This document shows positions 39,103-53,261 of a DNA stretch of 64,000 nt, piece after piece (the first letter of the stretch is position 1; the number at the start of each line of letters is the position of its first letter). The translations under genes and the position numbers were made by a program. Source of the stretch: an uncultured Gemmatimonadales bacterium (GTDB lineage Bacteria > Gemmatimonadota > Gemmatimonadetes > Longimicrobiales > Longimicrobiaceae); contig OY970303.1 in assembly GCA_963716255.1 (NCBI GenBank), forward strand, positions 8,128,001-8,192,000, given 5' to 3'. A model generated the notes under the pieces. The model saw only the letters and a program-made list of their open reading frames with translations. It was not told the DNA's origin and ran no database searches.

Positions 39103-39840
39103 TCAGCCCCCCCAGGGCCCCGCCGGCATCTCCTCCCGCTCCGTTTCCGCGGGGACCAGCCTGCCGGCGTGGAGCCGCAATACCCGGTCCGCCCGCGCGG
39201 CCAGGTCCAGGTTGTGGGTGACCAGGATCATGGCGGCCGCGTTCTCGCGGCTCACCTCGAAGAGCAGGTCGTGGAGCCGCTCGCCGGTGGGCGGGTCCAG
39301 GTTCCCGGAAGGCTCGTCCGCCAGGAGGAGCACCGGGTGCGTGACCAGCGCCCGCGCGACGGCCACCCGCTGCTGCTCGCCGCCCGAGAGCTGCCCCGGC
39401 TTGTGCTCCAGCCGGGGCTCCAGCCCCACGCGCGCCAGCATGGAGCGCGCCCGGTCCCGCGCCTCGCGCGGCGCCGTGCCCCCGATGAGGAGCGGCATCA
39501 TCACGTTCTCCAGCGCGGAAAACTCGCGCAGGAGGTGATGGAACTGGAACACGAAGCCGATCCGCTCGTTCCGCAGGGCGGCGAGCTCGTCCTCCTTCAG
39601 CCGGGCCAGCGCGCTCCCCCCCACGTGCACGTCGCCTCCGGTGGGAACGTCCAGCCCGCCCAGGATGTGCAGCAGGGTGGACTTCCCCGCCCCGCTCTGA
39701 CCGATCACCGCGATGGTCTCGCCGGCGGAAACGTCCAGCTCCACGCCCTCCAGGATCTGAATGGGGGTGCCGTCCCCGCCCACGTAGCGCTTGGAGATGG
39801 TGCGCGCCAGGACCGCGGGAGCATCCGTGCGCTCACTCAT
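39103..39840 (-). CDS. lolD: Lipoprotein-releasing ABC ATPase LolD
   Basis: GQSGAGKST, GFVFQFHHLL, LSGGEQQR, ADEPSGNLD. Confidence 0.9.
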   Translation of the reverse strand: MSERTDAPAVLARTISKRYVGGDGTPIQILEGVELDVSAGETIAVIGQSGAGKSTLLHILGGLDVPTGGDVHVGGSALARLKEDELAALRNERIGFVFQFHHLLREFSALENVMMPLLIGGTAPREARDRARSMLARVGLEPRLEHKPGQLSGGEQQRVAVARALVTHPVLLLADEPSGNLDPPTGERLHDLLFEVSRENAAAMILVTHNLDLAARADRVLRLHAGRLVPAETEREEMPAGPWGG

Positions 39841-41074
39841 GACGGATCGCCTCCACCGGGAGGAGCGCCGCCGCCTGCCGCGAGGGGTAGAGCGTCGCCA
39901 CGAACGAGATCGCCACGCTGGAGATCAGGATCACCAGCACGTCCACCGGGTCCCAGGCCACCGGCAGGTGGTCCACGAAGTACACGTCCCCCGGGATCTT
40001 GATCAGCTCGTAGCGGTCGATCACCCAGGTCAGGACCAGGCCGCCGGCCGCGCCCAGGGTGGACCCCACGACCCCGATCACCAGCCCCTGCAGCATGAAG
40101 ATCTTCTGCACTCGCTTCGAAGTGAGCCCCATGGACTTGAGGATCCCGATCTCCCGCGTCTTGTCGGTGACCACCATGATGAGCGTGGAGATGATGTTGA
40201 ACGCCGCCACGATCACGATGAGGAGGAGGATGACCATCATCGCCAGCTTCTCCAGCTTGAGCGCGGAGAAGAGCGACGAGTTCATGGACTTCCAGTCCTC
40301 GGCGCGGTAGGGGTAGCCCAGCGTCTTCTCCAGCTCGCGCCCCACCAGGTCCGCGTTCATGGGGTCGGGGACGCGCACCTCCAGCCCCGACACGGCGTTG
40401 CCCAGGTTGGCGACCTCGCGGCCGGCCGCCAGGGTGGTGTACATGAACTTGTTGTCGTACTCGTACATCCCCGTCTTGAAGCGGCCCGCCACCTCGAACT
40501 TGCGCATGCGCGGCTGCAGCCCGCCCAGCGGGGTGGTGGTGGCCCCCTGCATGGAGATGACGTCCACCACGTCGCCCTCGTACAGCCCGAAGCGCTCCGC
40601 CAGCGAGGCACCCACCAGGAGCGGCGGGTACCCGGACCGGGTCTCGCCCAGCCGCGCCTCTCCCCGGCGGATCATCCCCACGATGTCCGTCACGGGCGGG
40701 CCCGCGGCGCCGGGGTCGATCCCACGCAGGATGGCGGCCTCGGCATAGCCCGCGCGGTTGGTGAGCCCCACCTCGGTGTGAACGAAGGGGGCTGCGGCCG
40801 TGACCCCGGGTACCCGCCGCACCTTTTCCAGCGTCGGCTGCCACGCGTCCAGCCGCATGGTCTCGCCGAAGGTGGTGAGCCAGATGTGCGGGTTGGTTCC
40901 CAGGATCTTGTCGCGCAGGTCGGTCTGCAGCCCCGTCATCACCGCGGTGACGATGATCAGCGCCATGACCCCCACCGTCACCCCGCCGATGGAGATGGCG
41001 GTGATGAGCGACAGGAAGCGCGTGCCGCGGCGGGACGCCAGGTAGCGCCGGCCGATGTACCACTCCAGGTTCAC
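39833..41074 (-). CDS. lolE: Lipoprotein-releasing ABC permease LolC/E
   Basis: IGRRYL, ALKLEK, AFNIISTL..EIGILKSMG, PVEAIRHE. Confidence 0.9.
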   Translation of the reverse strand: MNLEWYIGRRYLASRRGTRFLSLITAISIGGVTVGVMALIIVTAVMTGLQTDLRDKILGTNPHIWLTTFGETMRLDAWQPTLEKVRRVPGVTAAAPFVHTEVGLTNRAGYAEAAILRGIDPGAAGPPVTDIVGMIRRGEARLGETRSGYPPLLVGASLAERFGLYEGDVVDVISMQGATTTPLGGLQPRMRKFEVAGRFKTGMYEYDNKFMYTTLAAGREVANLGNAVSGLEVRVPDPMNADLVGRELEKTLGYPYRAEDWKSMNSSLFSALKLEKLAMMVILLLIVIVAAFNIISTLIMVVTDKTREIGILKSMGLTSKRVQKIFMLQGLVIGVVGSTLGAAGGLVLTWVIDRYELIKIPGDVYFVDHLPVAWDPVDVLVILISSVAISFVATLYPSRQAAALLPVEAIRHE

Positions 41075-41102
41075 GGACTCCTCCGCATGGACGGGCCGGC
41101 CC

Positions 41103-41203
41103 TCATTCGGGCCGCATCGTCGGGAACAGGATCACGTCTCGAATCGACGTCCGGCCGGCCAGGATCATGGCGAGGCGGTCCACGAGTCCTCCGGGTCAGC
41201 CAT
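41103..41203 (-). pseudogene. lysS: Scar of class II lysyl-tRNA synthetase (5' 20 nt joined to the last 26 codons)
   Basis: ATG GCT GAC CCG GAG GAC TC|GTG...: [26 protein letters not shown]; canonical prfB-lysS position. Confidence 0.85.
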
Positions 41204-42306
41204 GGTGCACTCCGCCGAACTCCCTCAGATAAGCCTTGATGAACGGGTCCAGGTCGCCGTCCATGACCTTCTGCACGTCCGGGAGCTTGAGCTCCGTCCG
41301 GTGGTCGTTGACCATGGTGTACGGCTGGAAGACGTAGGAGCGGATCTGGCTCCCCCAGCCGATGTCGGTCTTGGTGGATTCCAGCTTCGCCTTCTCCTTC
41401 TCCTGCTCCTCCAGCGCGCGCTGGTAGAGCGCCGCCTTGAGCATCTTCATGGCGGTCGCCCGGTTCTTGTGCTGCGAGCGCTCCTGCTGGCACGCCACCA
41501 CGATCCCCGACGGGAGGTGGCGGAGCCGGACGGCGGAGCTGGTCTTGTTGACGTGCTGGCCGCCGGCGCCGGAGGCGCGGTACACGTCCATCTCGATGTC
41601 CTCCTCCCGGATCTCGATCTCGATGGTGTCGTCCACCATGGGGTAGACGAAGACCGAGGCGAAGGAAGTGTGCCGCCGCGCCTGCGAGTCGAACGGGGAG
41701 ATGCGCACCAGCCGGTGCACGCCCCGCTCCGCCCGAAGATAGCCGTAGGCGTACTGTCCGCGGATCTCCAGGGTTGCGGACTTGATCCCGGCCTCGTCGC
41801 CCTCCTGCCGGTCGAGCAGCTCGACCTCGAAGCCGCGCCGCTCCCCCCAGCGCCCGTACATGCGCAGGAGCATCTCGGCCCAGTCCTGAGACTCGGTGCC
41901 GCCCGCGCCCGGGTGGATGGTCAGGAGCGCATCGCGGTGGTCGTCCGGTCCCTGGAGCATGTTGCGCAGCTCCAGGTCCTCCAGGCCGGCCCCCACCGCC
42001 TCCACCTCGCGCTCCCATTCCTCGGCGAGTTCCGCGTCCTCCTCCACCGCGAGCAGCTCGCCCAGCTCGGTGAGGTCCTGCACCTTGCCGGTGAGGCGGG
42101 CCCAGGGGTCGGTCCAGGCCTTCACCGCGTTGGCCTCGGCGATCACCTCGCGCGCCTTGTCGGCGTCGTTCCAGAACGCCGGGTCGCCCATGCGGGCCTC
42201 CAGCTGCCTCAGCTTCTCCTGCTTGGCAGCAACGTCAAAGAAACCCCCTCAGCTCATCGAGCCTTTCGCGGTACACGTCGAGCCTGGACTGGATTTCGGC
42301 GTTCAT
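41196..42306 (-). CDS. prfB: Peptide chain release factor 2 with programmed +1 frameshift
   Basis: AGGGGG-TTT-CTT-TGA-C at ~42234-42249; SPF and GGQ motifs. Confidence 0.97.
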
Positions 42307-42379
42307 GTTCGTTCACCCGGTTTCCACCAATGACAAGGGCCGCCCCTGCTGGACGGCCCTCGGGCTGGTTCGCAGCGGG

Positions 42380-42408
42380 AATATACTCCCGCCCGTTACC
42401 CCGTGCAA
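42380..42408 (-). promoter_or_regulatory. Sigma70-type promoter upstream of prfB
   Basis: TTGCAC-N17-TATATT. Confidence 0.6.
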
Positions 42409-42427
42409 TCGACCCCGGTTCCGGCGC

Positions 42428-42973
42428 TCAGAACACCCTCTGCCCGCGTGCGAGGATGTCGTTCAGCGCGTCGCGGAAGAAGGTGGTGCCCTGGGCGGTC
42501 TCCTGCCCCACCTGCTGCACGTACTCCTCCCAGCTCTTCTTGATCTCCTCCTTGAACTCGCGCTTCAGCGTCCCGTCCCGGAGCGCCGCCTCGCGGCGGT
42601 CCGGGTGGTAGGTGACGATGTCCGACACCAGCGCCCGGGCGAGCCGGCGGGCCTTGGCCGCGGGGTCCGACGCCCCGAAGGGCGAGGGCGCGCCCGCCCG
42701 CGGCACGGCCGGAGCGGGTGCGGCCGGTGCGGCCGCCACGGCCGGCCGGGGCGCCTCGACAGCCGGCGGCGCGGGAGCCTCCGCGGGCGCGGCCGCCAGA
42801 GAAGGACTCGCAGGCGCCGCCACGGCCCCGACGGCAGCCGGCTGCGCGGGGGCGTCGGCACCCACCTGGAACACGCCGCGGCAGATGGAGCAGCGGACGC
42901 GCGCCCCGCCCGCGGGTACCTTGGCCGGGTCCACGCGGAAGACCGTGTTGCAGTGCGGACAGGCAGCGTTCAT
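42428..42973 (-). CDS. MJ0042-type zinc-ribbon protein with Pro/Ala linker and helical C-terminal domain
   Basis: CPHC..VRCSICRGVF; ARRLARALVSDIVTY..FFRDALNDIL. Confidence 0.8.
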   Translation of the reverse strand: MNAACPHCNTVFRVDPAKVPAGGARVRCSICRGVFQVGADAPAQPAAVGAVAAPASPSLAAAPAEAPAPPAVEAPRPAVAAAPAAPAPAVPRAGAPSPFGASDPAAKARRLARALVSDIVTYHPDRREAALRDGTLKREFKEEIKKSWEEYVQQVGQETAQGTTFFRDALNDILARGQRVF

Positions 42974-43040
42974 GAGGAGTCAGCCTCGTCGGGTCCAGGG
43001 ATGAGGAATCCGTATGTGTCGAGCAGCCGGCGCGATGCCC

Positions 43041-43166
43041 GCGTGAGGGATTTCGGCCCGAAGGGGCGAGACCCGCGCAGTTTGCGGGGCTCGACTCCGT
43101 CAGCGAGCGTTGTTTGCTCGCTTACGGAGCCGAAGCCCGACCCCGGCGCCAGCCGGGGGCACGCCC
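43041..43166 (-). repeat. Repeat family A, copy 7
   Basis: Inner stem AGCGAGC/GCTCGCT. Confidence 0.95.
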
Positions 43167-43199
43167 GACCCCGCCGTTACATGCAGTTCCAGCTCTGTT

Positions 43200-44132
43200 T
43201 CACGGCTTGCGGCGGTCCACCGCGAACACCGACCCGGGGAGCGTCTTGGCGTACGCCTTCATCTCCGTGGCCAGCTCGCTGATCTGCGCGGTGTGCGTGA
43301 AGTCGCGCCTCTCGTTGGTCACCACGCCGATGGACAGCGTCATCAGCGGCACCTCGTAAAGCTCGCCGCGGCGGTCCTTGCCGTGGAAGAAGCCGCGGGC
43401 GCGATCCTCGACCGAGTACTGGAACGGGATCAGCTCCTCGAAGACGGAGATCACCTCGTCGCAGCACAGCCGGAAGTCCGCCAGCGCGCAGTTGAAGATG
43501 AAGTCGTCCCCGCCGATGTGCCCCACGAACGCCCCCGGCGACCGGGCCCGGACCACGTCGCGCAGGATGCGGGAGAGAAGCAGGATGACGCGGTCGCCGT
43601 TGTTGTAGCCGTAGCGGTCGTTGAACTCCTTGAAGTGGTCCAGGTCGGCGTAGCACACCGCGAAGCGGTCGCCCGAGGCGAGCCGCACTCCGATGTCGCG
43701 CTCGATCTGCACCGTCCCCGGGAGCCGGGTGGTGGGATGGACGCTCACGTCGCGCTCGGCCCGCCAGAGCGCCATGCTCAGGCGCAGCCGGCACTCGCGC
43801 TCCACCAGGTCGCCGCAGAGGACCTCGTCGGCGCCGGCCTCCAGGGCGTCCGCGTTGGCATCCGGGCCGCCGTCCACCACGTAGGCGATCACCGGGACCA
43901 CGGCCGTGAACGCCTCCGCCTTGACGGTGCGGCACAGCTCCACCACCACGTCCGCCGGGCTGGAGGCGTCCACCACGATCGCCATGGGGTAGGCGCGGTT
44001 GACCCGGGTGACGAGCTCGTCCACGGAGGCGACCTCCACCAGCTCGTAGCCGCCCGACTCGGCGAAGTCCTGCACCATCTTCGGAGCACGGCGGCCGTGC
44101 GGCGAAAAGTGCAGGAGGAATCTGAGCGCCAT
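43200..44132 (-). CDS. Degenerate receiver + GGDEF-family (GGDDF) protein
   Basis: DLDHFKEFNDRYGYNNGD, GHIGGDDF. Confidence 0.85.
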   Translation of the reverse strand: MALRFLLHFSPHGRRAPKMVQDFAESGGYELVEVASVDELVTRVNRAYPMAIVVDASSPADVVVELCRTVKAEAFTAVVPVIAYVVDGGPDANADALEAGADEVLCGDLVERECRLRLSMALWRAERDVSVHPTTRLPGTVQIERDIGVRLASGDRFAVCYADLDHFKEFNDRYGYNNGDRVILLLSRILRDVVRARSPGAFVGHIGGDDFIFNCALADFRLCCDEVISVFEELIPFQYSVEDRARGFFHGKDRRGELYEVPLMTLSIGVVTNERRDFTHTAQISELATEMKAYAKTLPGSVFAVDRRKP

Positions 44133-44170
44133 GAGCGGAGGGAGCGGGGATTGGCTGTGGGGACCCGCAA

Positions 44171-44199
44171 ATACTACCCGCGGGCTCCCGTCCTGTCAA
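44171..44199 (-). promoter_or_regulatory. Sigma70-type promoter of the GGDEF gene
   Basis: TTGACA-N17-TAGTAT. Confidence 0.65.
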
Positions 44200-44272
44200 A
44201 CGGACGCGCGAGGGCGGACGGGGCCCTGTGGGGAGCGGAAAGGCCGGCGCCGACCCGGGGCGGCAGGACGCC

Positions 44273-44437
44273 TCAGAGCGGCTGCGCCTCGTCGATGAGC
44301 AGGATCGGGATGCCGTCGCGCACCTCGTACCTGAGCCTGTCGCGCTCGCAGACGAGCGACGGCGGGTCCTCGTGGTACACGAGCTCCCCCTTGCAGCGGG
44401 GGCAGACCAGGATCTCCAGCAGCTGCGGATCGAGCAT
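44273..44437 (-). CDS. Trm112 family protein (54 aa; not in ORF track)
   Basis: MLDPQLLEILVCPRCKGEL...YEVRDGIPILLIDEA. Confidence 0.9.
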   Translation of the reverse strand: MLDPQLLEILVCPRCKGELVYHEDPPSLVCERDRLRYEVRDGIPILLIDEAQPL

Positions 44438-44440
44438 CGT

Positions 44441-45370
44441 TCAGGACTCGTTGGGGATCTTGAAGCCGAGGCGGGCGAGGGCGGTGGGGTCCTTGCGCCA
44501 CTTGGGAAGCACCTTGACCCAGAGGTCCAGGTAGACCGGGGCGCCCACGAACTCCTCGATCTTGCCGCGGGCGACCTGGCCCAGCTGCTTGATCGCCGCG
44601 CCGCCCTTGCCGATGAGGATCGCCTTCTGGGTGGGGCGCTCCACGAAGATCGTGGCGCGGACGTAGATGGGCTGCGCCGCCTCGCGGAACTCGTCCACCT
44701 TCACCGTGGCGCTGTACGGGACTTCCTGGCCGAACTGCTCGAAGACGGTCTCGCGCACCAGCTCCGCGACGAAGAAGCGGACCGACTGCGAGGAGATCTC
44801 GTCCTCGGGGTACAGGAAGGGAGACTCCGGGAGCAGGTCCGCGATCCGGGAGCGCAGCTCGTCGACGCCCTCCCCCGTGTTCGCCGAGATGCGCAGCGTG
44901 TCGGCGCCCAGCTCCGTGCCGGCCCAGCGGCGCAGCTCCTCGATCCGCTCGCCGCCGGCGGCGTCCACCTTGTTGACGGCGACCAGGAGCCGGCCGCGCT
45001 TCTTTTTCAGGAGCGCCAGCACCTCGGGGCTGAACTCGCGGCCCGGCGTGGTGGGATCCAGCAGGAGCACCGCCACGTCCACGTCGGGGATCGTCTCGAG
45101 CACCGTGTTCAGCATGGCGCGGTGGAGGAGGTACTTGGGATCCACCAGCCCCGGCGTGTCCACGAACACGATCTGGACGCCGCCGCGGGTGTCGATCCCC
45201 AGCACCCGCTCGCGCGTCGTCTGCGCGGCCGAGGTGACGATGCTGAGCTTCTGGTCCAGCATCCGGTTCAGCAGCGACGACTTCCCCGCGTTGGGATAGC
45301 CGACGATGGCGACGGTGCCGGCGCGGGTCTGCTCCTGTGGCTCGGCCGGGAGCGCGTTGTCGGGGGTCAT
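44441..45370 (-). CDS. era: GTPase Era
   Basis: GYPNAGKSS, QTTR, DTPG, NKVD, KH domain ILIGKGG. Confidence 0.95.
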   Translation of the reverse strand: MTPDNALPAEPQEQTRAGTVAIVGYPNAGKSSLLNRMLDQKLSIVTSAAQTTRERVLGIDTRGGVQIVFVDTPGLVDPKYLLHRAMLNTVLETIPDVDVAVLLLDPTTPGREFSPEVLALLKKKRGRLLVAVNKVDAAGGERIEELRRWAGTELGADTLRISANTGEGVDELRSRIADLLPESPFLYPEDEISSQSVRFFVAELVRETVFEQFGQEVPYSATVKVDEFREAAQPIYVRATIFVERPTQKAILIGKGGAAIKQLGQVARGKIEEFVGAPVYLDLWVKVLPKWRKDPTALARLGFKIPNES

Positions 45371-45420
45371 GGTGCAATCTTACCTGCTCCGGCGCCCCGG
45401 TGGCAAGAGACGGCGGAAAC

Positions 45421-45459
45421 GCGAACGCCCCCGGTTCCGGATGGAACCGAGGGCGTTCG
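45421..45459 (-). terminator. Hairpin downstream of 5S rRNA
   Basis: CGAACGCCC.CGGTTCC/GGAACCG.GGGCGTTCG. Confidence 0.6.
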
Positions 45460-45467
45460 AAGAACAG

Positions 45468-45585
45468 GGCTGGCAGCGCCGTACTCTCCCACCGGGTGGC
45501 CCCGGCAGTACCATCCGCGCAGTGGGTCTTAACTTCCGAGTTCGAGATGGGATCGGGTGTATCCCCCACGCCATCGCCACCAGCC
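45468..45585 (-). rRNA. rrf: 5S rRNA
   Basis: CCCGATCCCATCTCGAACTCGGAAGTTAAG, GATGGTACTG, GGGAGAGTA. Confidence 0.95.
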
Positions 45586-45718
45586 GCACCGGCTGCGGAC
45601 CCGAAGGCCCGCGGTGCCTCGCACGGGATCGCTCCCGCGCTACAGAAATCAGGGGAAGAGAATGGGAGCAGCAAGTACTTCGAAAGAGCTTTGACGATGC
45701 GCCGGTCCTGCCTATCGA

Positions 45719-48716
<2,998 letters not shown>

Positions 48717-48903
48717 GATAGTCTACGTATCCGAAGACACGTGCTCCCGGCCCACCGCCAAAGGTGCTCTTTCTCAGCCTTTGCTACTCCCTATTCCCTT
48801 CACCCGGATTGTCAATCAATTCAAGCTTCGGGGGAGGTGCGAATACCATGTGCGCTCAACTTGCGAGTGCCTTTCTGCCCCGAAGGACTTACTCGGCTTC
48901 TCT

Positions 48904-50457
<1,554 letters not shown>

Positions 50458-50687
50458 AGACTTCGATTTAGCTCGTTCGAACACGTTTCCGTGTCCGGAA
50501 CTCTTTCACGTTTTTAATCCCATTGGAGAAAAGGACGTGGTGCCTTCCCTCCGGGGCGCACACTTCTTCGCACTCCCCCAAAACCCGAATTGTCAAAACA
50601 CACGCGAGCCTCTGACTCGCTTCAGGACGACCCAGCCAGTTTCACCCGGCTCGTCGTGTCGCTCGCCCATCTTCCGGCGAGCCCTCC

Positions 50688-50970
50688 AAGCTAACCCTGC
50701 ACCGGCCCAACGTCAACCCCTCGCCGAAACTTCTTTTTCCATCTTCCGTCCAACCGTGCCGTCGATCAAACCCTCAAACCTACACCACTTAGACAGAGTT
50801 ACCGAGAAGCCAACGCAACGCTTTCCCGTCCCGAGACCGCCCTGTCTCCGTCCGAAGTGGAGCCCGAAAGAATAAGCCCTCTCGTTTACCCCGTCAACCC
50901 CCCGCTGGCGCCGCTACCCGCCTGTTTCGCGAAGGGCACATATGATACACGGCCCTCGACACGTCGTCAA
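50688..50970 (-). promoter_or_regulatory. Three tandem sigma70-type rRNA promoters
   Basis: TTGACG-N17-TATCAT (50942-50970), TTGACG-N17-TATTCT (50869-50897), TTGACG-N17-TAGCTT (50688-50716). Confidence 0.75.
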
Positions 50971-51025
50971 GGGTGTCGCAACAGCCTCCCGGCCAGCGGC
51001 CGGAACCAGATCCGGCCCAGAATGT

Positions 51026-51060
51026 TCAAGCCCCCGCGGCACGGAGCCGCGGGGGCTTGA
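51026..51060. terminator. Hairpin after tRNA-His
   Basis: TCAAGCCCCCGCGGC/GCCGCGGGGGCTTGA. Confidence 0.6.
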
Positions 51061-51065
51061 GAAGG

Positions 51066-51140
51066 GGTGAGCGACCGGGTTCGAACCGGCGACCTCCAGG
51101 GCCACAACCTGGCGCTCTAACCGACTGAGCTACGCCCACC
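51066..51140 (-). tRNA. tRNA-His(GTG)
   Basis: Cloverleaf, CCAGG-TT-GTG-GC-CCTGG anticodon arm, encoded G-1, no encoded CCA; possible own promoter TTGACA-N17-GAGAAT at 51153-51181. Confidence 0.95.
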
Positions 51141-51220
51141 ACATGGCGGAGAATTCTCCGCAATCACCGTCGTTTTGTCAAGCACCGGGGACCTGCGGTC
51201 CGCCGACGTGGAGCCCGGAG

Positions 51221-51294
51221 CGCGCCAGATAGGACTCGAACCTATGACCTACGGCTTAGAAGGCCGTTGCTCTATCCAGCTGAGCTACTGGCGC
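51221..51294 (-). tRNA. tRNA-Arg(TCT)
   Basis: ACGGC-CT-TCT-AA-GCCGT anticodon arm, GGTTCGAGTCC. Confidence 0.95.
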
Positions 51295-51308
51295 CCACTA
51301 CCGGCAGG

Positions 51309-51383
51309 TCGGGGCGCCCGGATTCGAACCGGGGACCTCCTGCTCCCAAAGCAGGCGCGCTAACCGGACTGCGCCACGCCCCG
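51309..51383 (-). tRNA. tRNA-Pro(TGG)
   Basis: CTGC-TT-TGG-GA-GCAG anticodon arm, GGTTCGAATCC. Confidence 0.95.
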
Positions 51384-51395
51384 ATCAAGACCCGG

Positions 51396-51424
51396 AAACT
51401 ACCTGTTTCCCGCGGAATCGTCAA
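51396..51424 (-). promoter_or_regulatory. tRNA cluster promoter inside the 3' end of rdgB
   Basis: TTGACG-N17-TAGTTT, 12 nt before tRNA-Pro. Confidence 0.65.
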
Positions 51425-52043
51425 GTCCGCGGGCCAGCCATTGCCCCGCGGCGCGCACCGCGCCGCCCCGGTGGCTGAGCCGGTCCTTGTCTCCCGGAGA
51501 CAGCTCGCCGAAGGTGGAGCCGGCTTCCGGAAGGAAGAAGAGCGGATCGTAGCCGAAGCCGCCGGAGCCCCTCGGCTCCGTGAGGATCACACCCTCGCAG
51601 GTGCCGATGGTGACGCGCTCGGCGCCGCCGGGGAGGACCAGGGCCGCGGCGCAGACGTAGCGCCCGGTCCGGTCGTCGTCCGGGACTCCGCGGAGGCGGT
51701 CGAGGAGCAGCGAGTTGTTGGCGCGGTCCAGCTCGGCCCCGCGCAGGTCGGTGCGGCCGGAGAAGCGCTTGGAGCGCACGCCGGGCGCGCCGCCGAGCGC
51801 GTCCACGCAGAGCCCGGAGTCGTCGGCGAGGACCGGGAGGGGGGTCCGCGCCGCGAAGTAGCGCGCCTTGGCGAGGGCGTTCTCCTCGAAGGAGTCGAAG
51901 GCCTCCACGTCGTCCTCGTCCGGGCTCTCCGGGATCCCGGCGGCATGGAGGTCGACCACCTGGAGGGCGGCGTACGGGGCGAGGATCTGCCGGATCTCGC
52001 GCAGCTTGTCGGCGCTGCGGGTGGCGGCGAGAAGGCGAGTCAC
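51399..52043 (-). CDS. rdgB: Non-canonical purine NTP pyrophosphatase (RdgB/HAM1)
   Basis: SFEENALAKA, ADDSGL, GFGYDPLF, SHRG. Confidence 0.93.
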   Translation of the reverse strand: MTRLLAATRSADKLREIRQILAPYAALQVVDLHAAGIPESPDEDDVEAFDSFEENALAKARYFAARTPLPVLADDSGLCVDALGGAPGVRSKRFSGRTDLRGAELDRANNSLLLDRLRGVPDDDRTGRYVCAAALVLPGGAERVTIGTCEGVILTEPRGSGGFGYDPLFFLPEAGSTFGELSPGDKDRLSHRGGAVRAAGQWLARGLDDSAGNR

Positions 52044-52762
52044 CGGGACACGGCCTCGCGCTGCATGCGGCACAGATCGCGGATCCCGCCCGTGGTGAGC
52101 TCCACCAGCGAGGCGAGCTGCGCGGAGGTGAAGGGAGATCGCTCGCCCGTGCCCTGCATCTCGATGAGCCCGCCGGACTCCAGCGCGACGACGTTGAAGT
52201 CGACGTCGGCCCGGGAGTCCTCGGAGTAGTCCAGGTCCAGGACGACGTGCCCGTCCACGATCCCGGCGCTCAGGGCGGCCACGAACTCGCGGAACGGGGT
52301 CCCGGCGCCGGTGCGGCCCGCGATCCAGCTGCATGCGTCGTACAGGGCGACGGCGCCTCCGGTGACGGAGGCGGTGCGGGTGCCGCCGTCCGCCTGGAGG
52401 ACGTCGCAGTCCACGGTGACGGTCCACTCGCCCATGGCGGCCATGTCGACGCAGGCGCGCAGGCTGCGGCCGATCAGCCGCTGGATCTCCTGGGTGCGTC
52501 CGCCCACCTGGCCGCGCTCGCGCCGGCCGCGGGTGTGGGTCGCGCGGGGGAGCATGGAGTACTCGCCGGTGACCCAGCCCTCGCCCCTGCCCTTTCGCCA
52601 GGGGGGCACGCCGGCCTCCACGGAGGCGGTGCAGAGGACGCGGGTCTCGCCGAAGGAGACCAGGCACGACCCCTCGGCGTAGCGGGCGGCGCCCCGCTCG
52701 AGGGTGACGGGCCGCATGCGGCCGGCGTCGCGTCCGTGCTCGCGGGTGGGTGCTTCAGCCAT
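52040..52762 (-). CDS. rph: Ribonuclease PH
   Basis: [39 protein letters not shown]. Confidence 0.96.
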   Translation of the reverse strand: MAEAPTREHGRDAGRMRPVTLERGAARYAEGSCLVSFGETRVLCTASVEAGVPPWRKGRGEGWVTGEYSMLPRATHTRGRRERGQVGGRTQEIQRLIGRSLRACVDMAAMGEWTVTVDCDVLQADGGTRTASVTGGAVALYDACSWIAGRTGAGTPFREFVAALSAGIVDGHVVLDLDYSEDSRADVDFNVVALESGGLIEMQGTGERSPFTSAQLASLVELTTGGIRDLCRMQREAVSR

Positions 52763-53261
52763 GGGACGGTTCTCTTCCGCGCTGGAGGATGGAGGTGGTG
52801 GAGCGGCCGGGGACGAGCGGGGCGATCACCACCTCCCCGCCGGCGGCGGTGACTTCCCGGCCGCCGACGATCTCCTCCAGGCGGTAGTCGCCGCCCTTGA
52901 CCAGCACGTCGGGGAGGAGGGCGGCGATCAGCTCGCGCGGGGTGTCCTCCTCGAAGACGGTGACCACGTCCACCGCCTCCAGGGAGGCGAGGACGTAGGC
53001 GCGGTCTTCCTGGAGGTTGACGGGGCGCGAGGGGCCCTTGAGCCGCCGCACGGAGTCGTCCGAGTTGAGGCCGACGACCAGCAGGTCGCCGAGGCTGCGG
53101 GCGGCGCGGAGGTACTCGGCGTGCCCGCGGTGCAGGATGTCGAAGCACCCGTTGGTGAAGACCACCCGCTCCTCCCGCGGCCGCCCCAGGCGGGCGACCA
53201 GCTCGGCGCGCGTCAACAGCTTGGAGGCGGGGTCGGGGATCTCGCGCTCGCGGCCGCTCAT
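52755..53261 (-). CDS. rfaE2: D-glycero-beta-D-manno-heptose 1-phosphate adenylyltransferase
   Basis: [31 protein letters not shown]. Confidence 0.92.
   Translation of the reverse strand: MSGREREIPDPASKLLTRAELVARLGRPREERVVFTNGCFDILHRGHAEYLRAARSLGDLLVVGLNSDDSVRRLKGPSRPVNLQEDRAYVLASLEAVDVVTVFEEDTPRELIAALLPDVLVKGGDYRLEEIVGGREVTAAGGEVVIAPLVPGRSTTSILQRGREPSHG

Noticed and set aside
51066..51383. tRNA-anchored genomic island
   Set aside because: No integrase or duplicated tRNA 3' end; flanks are core genes
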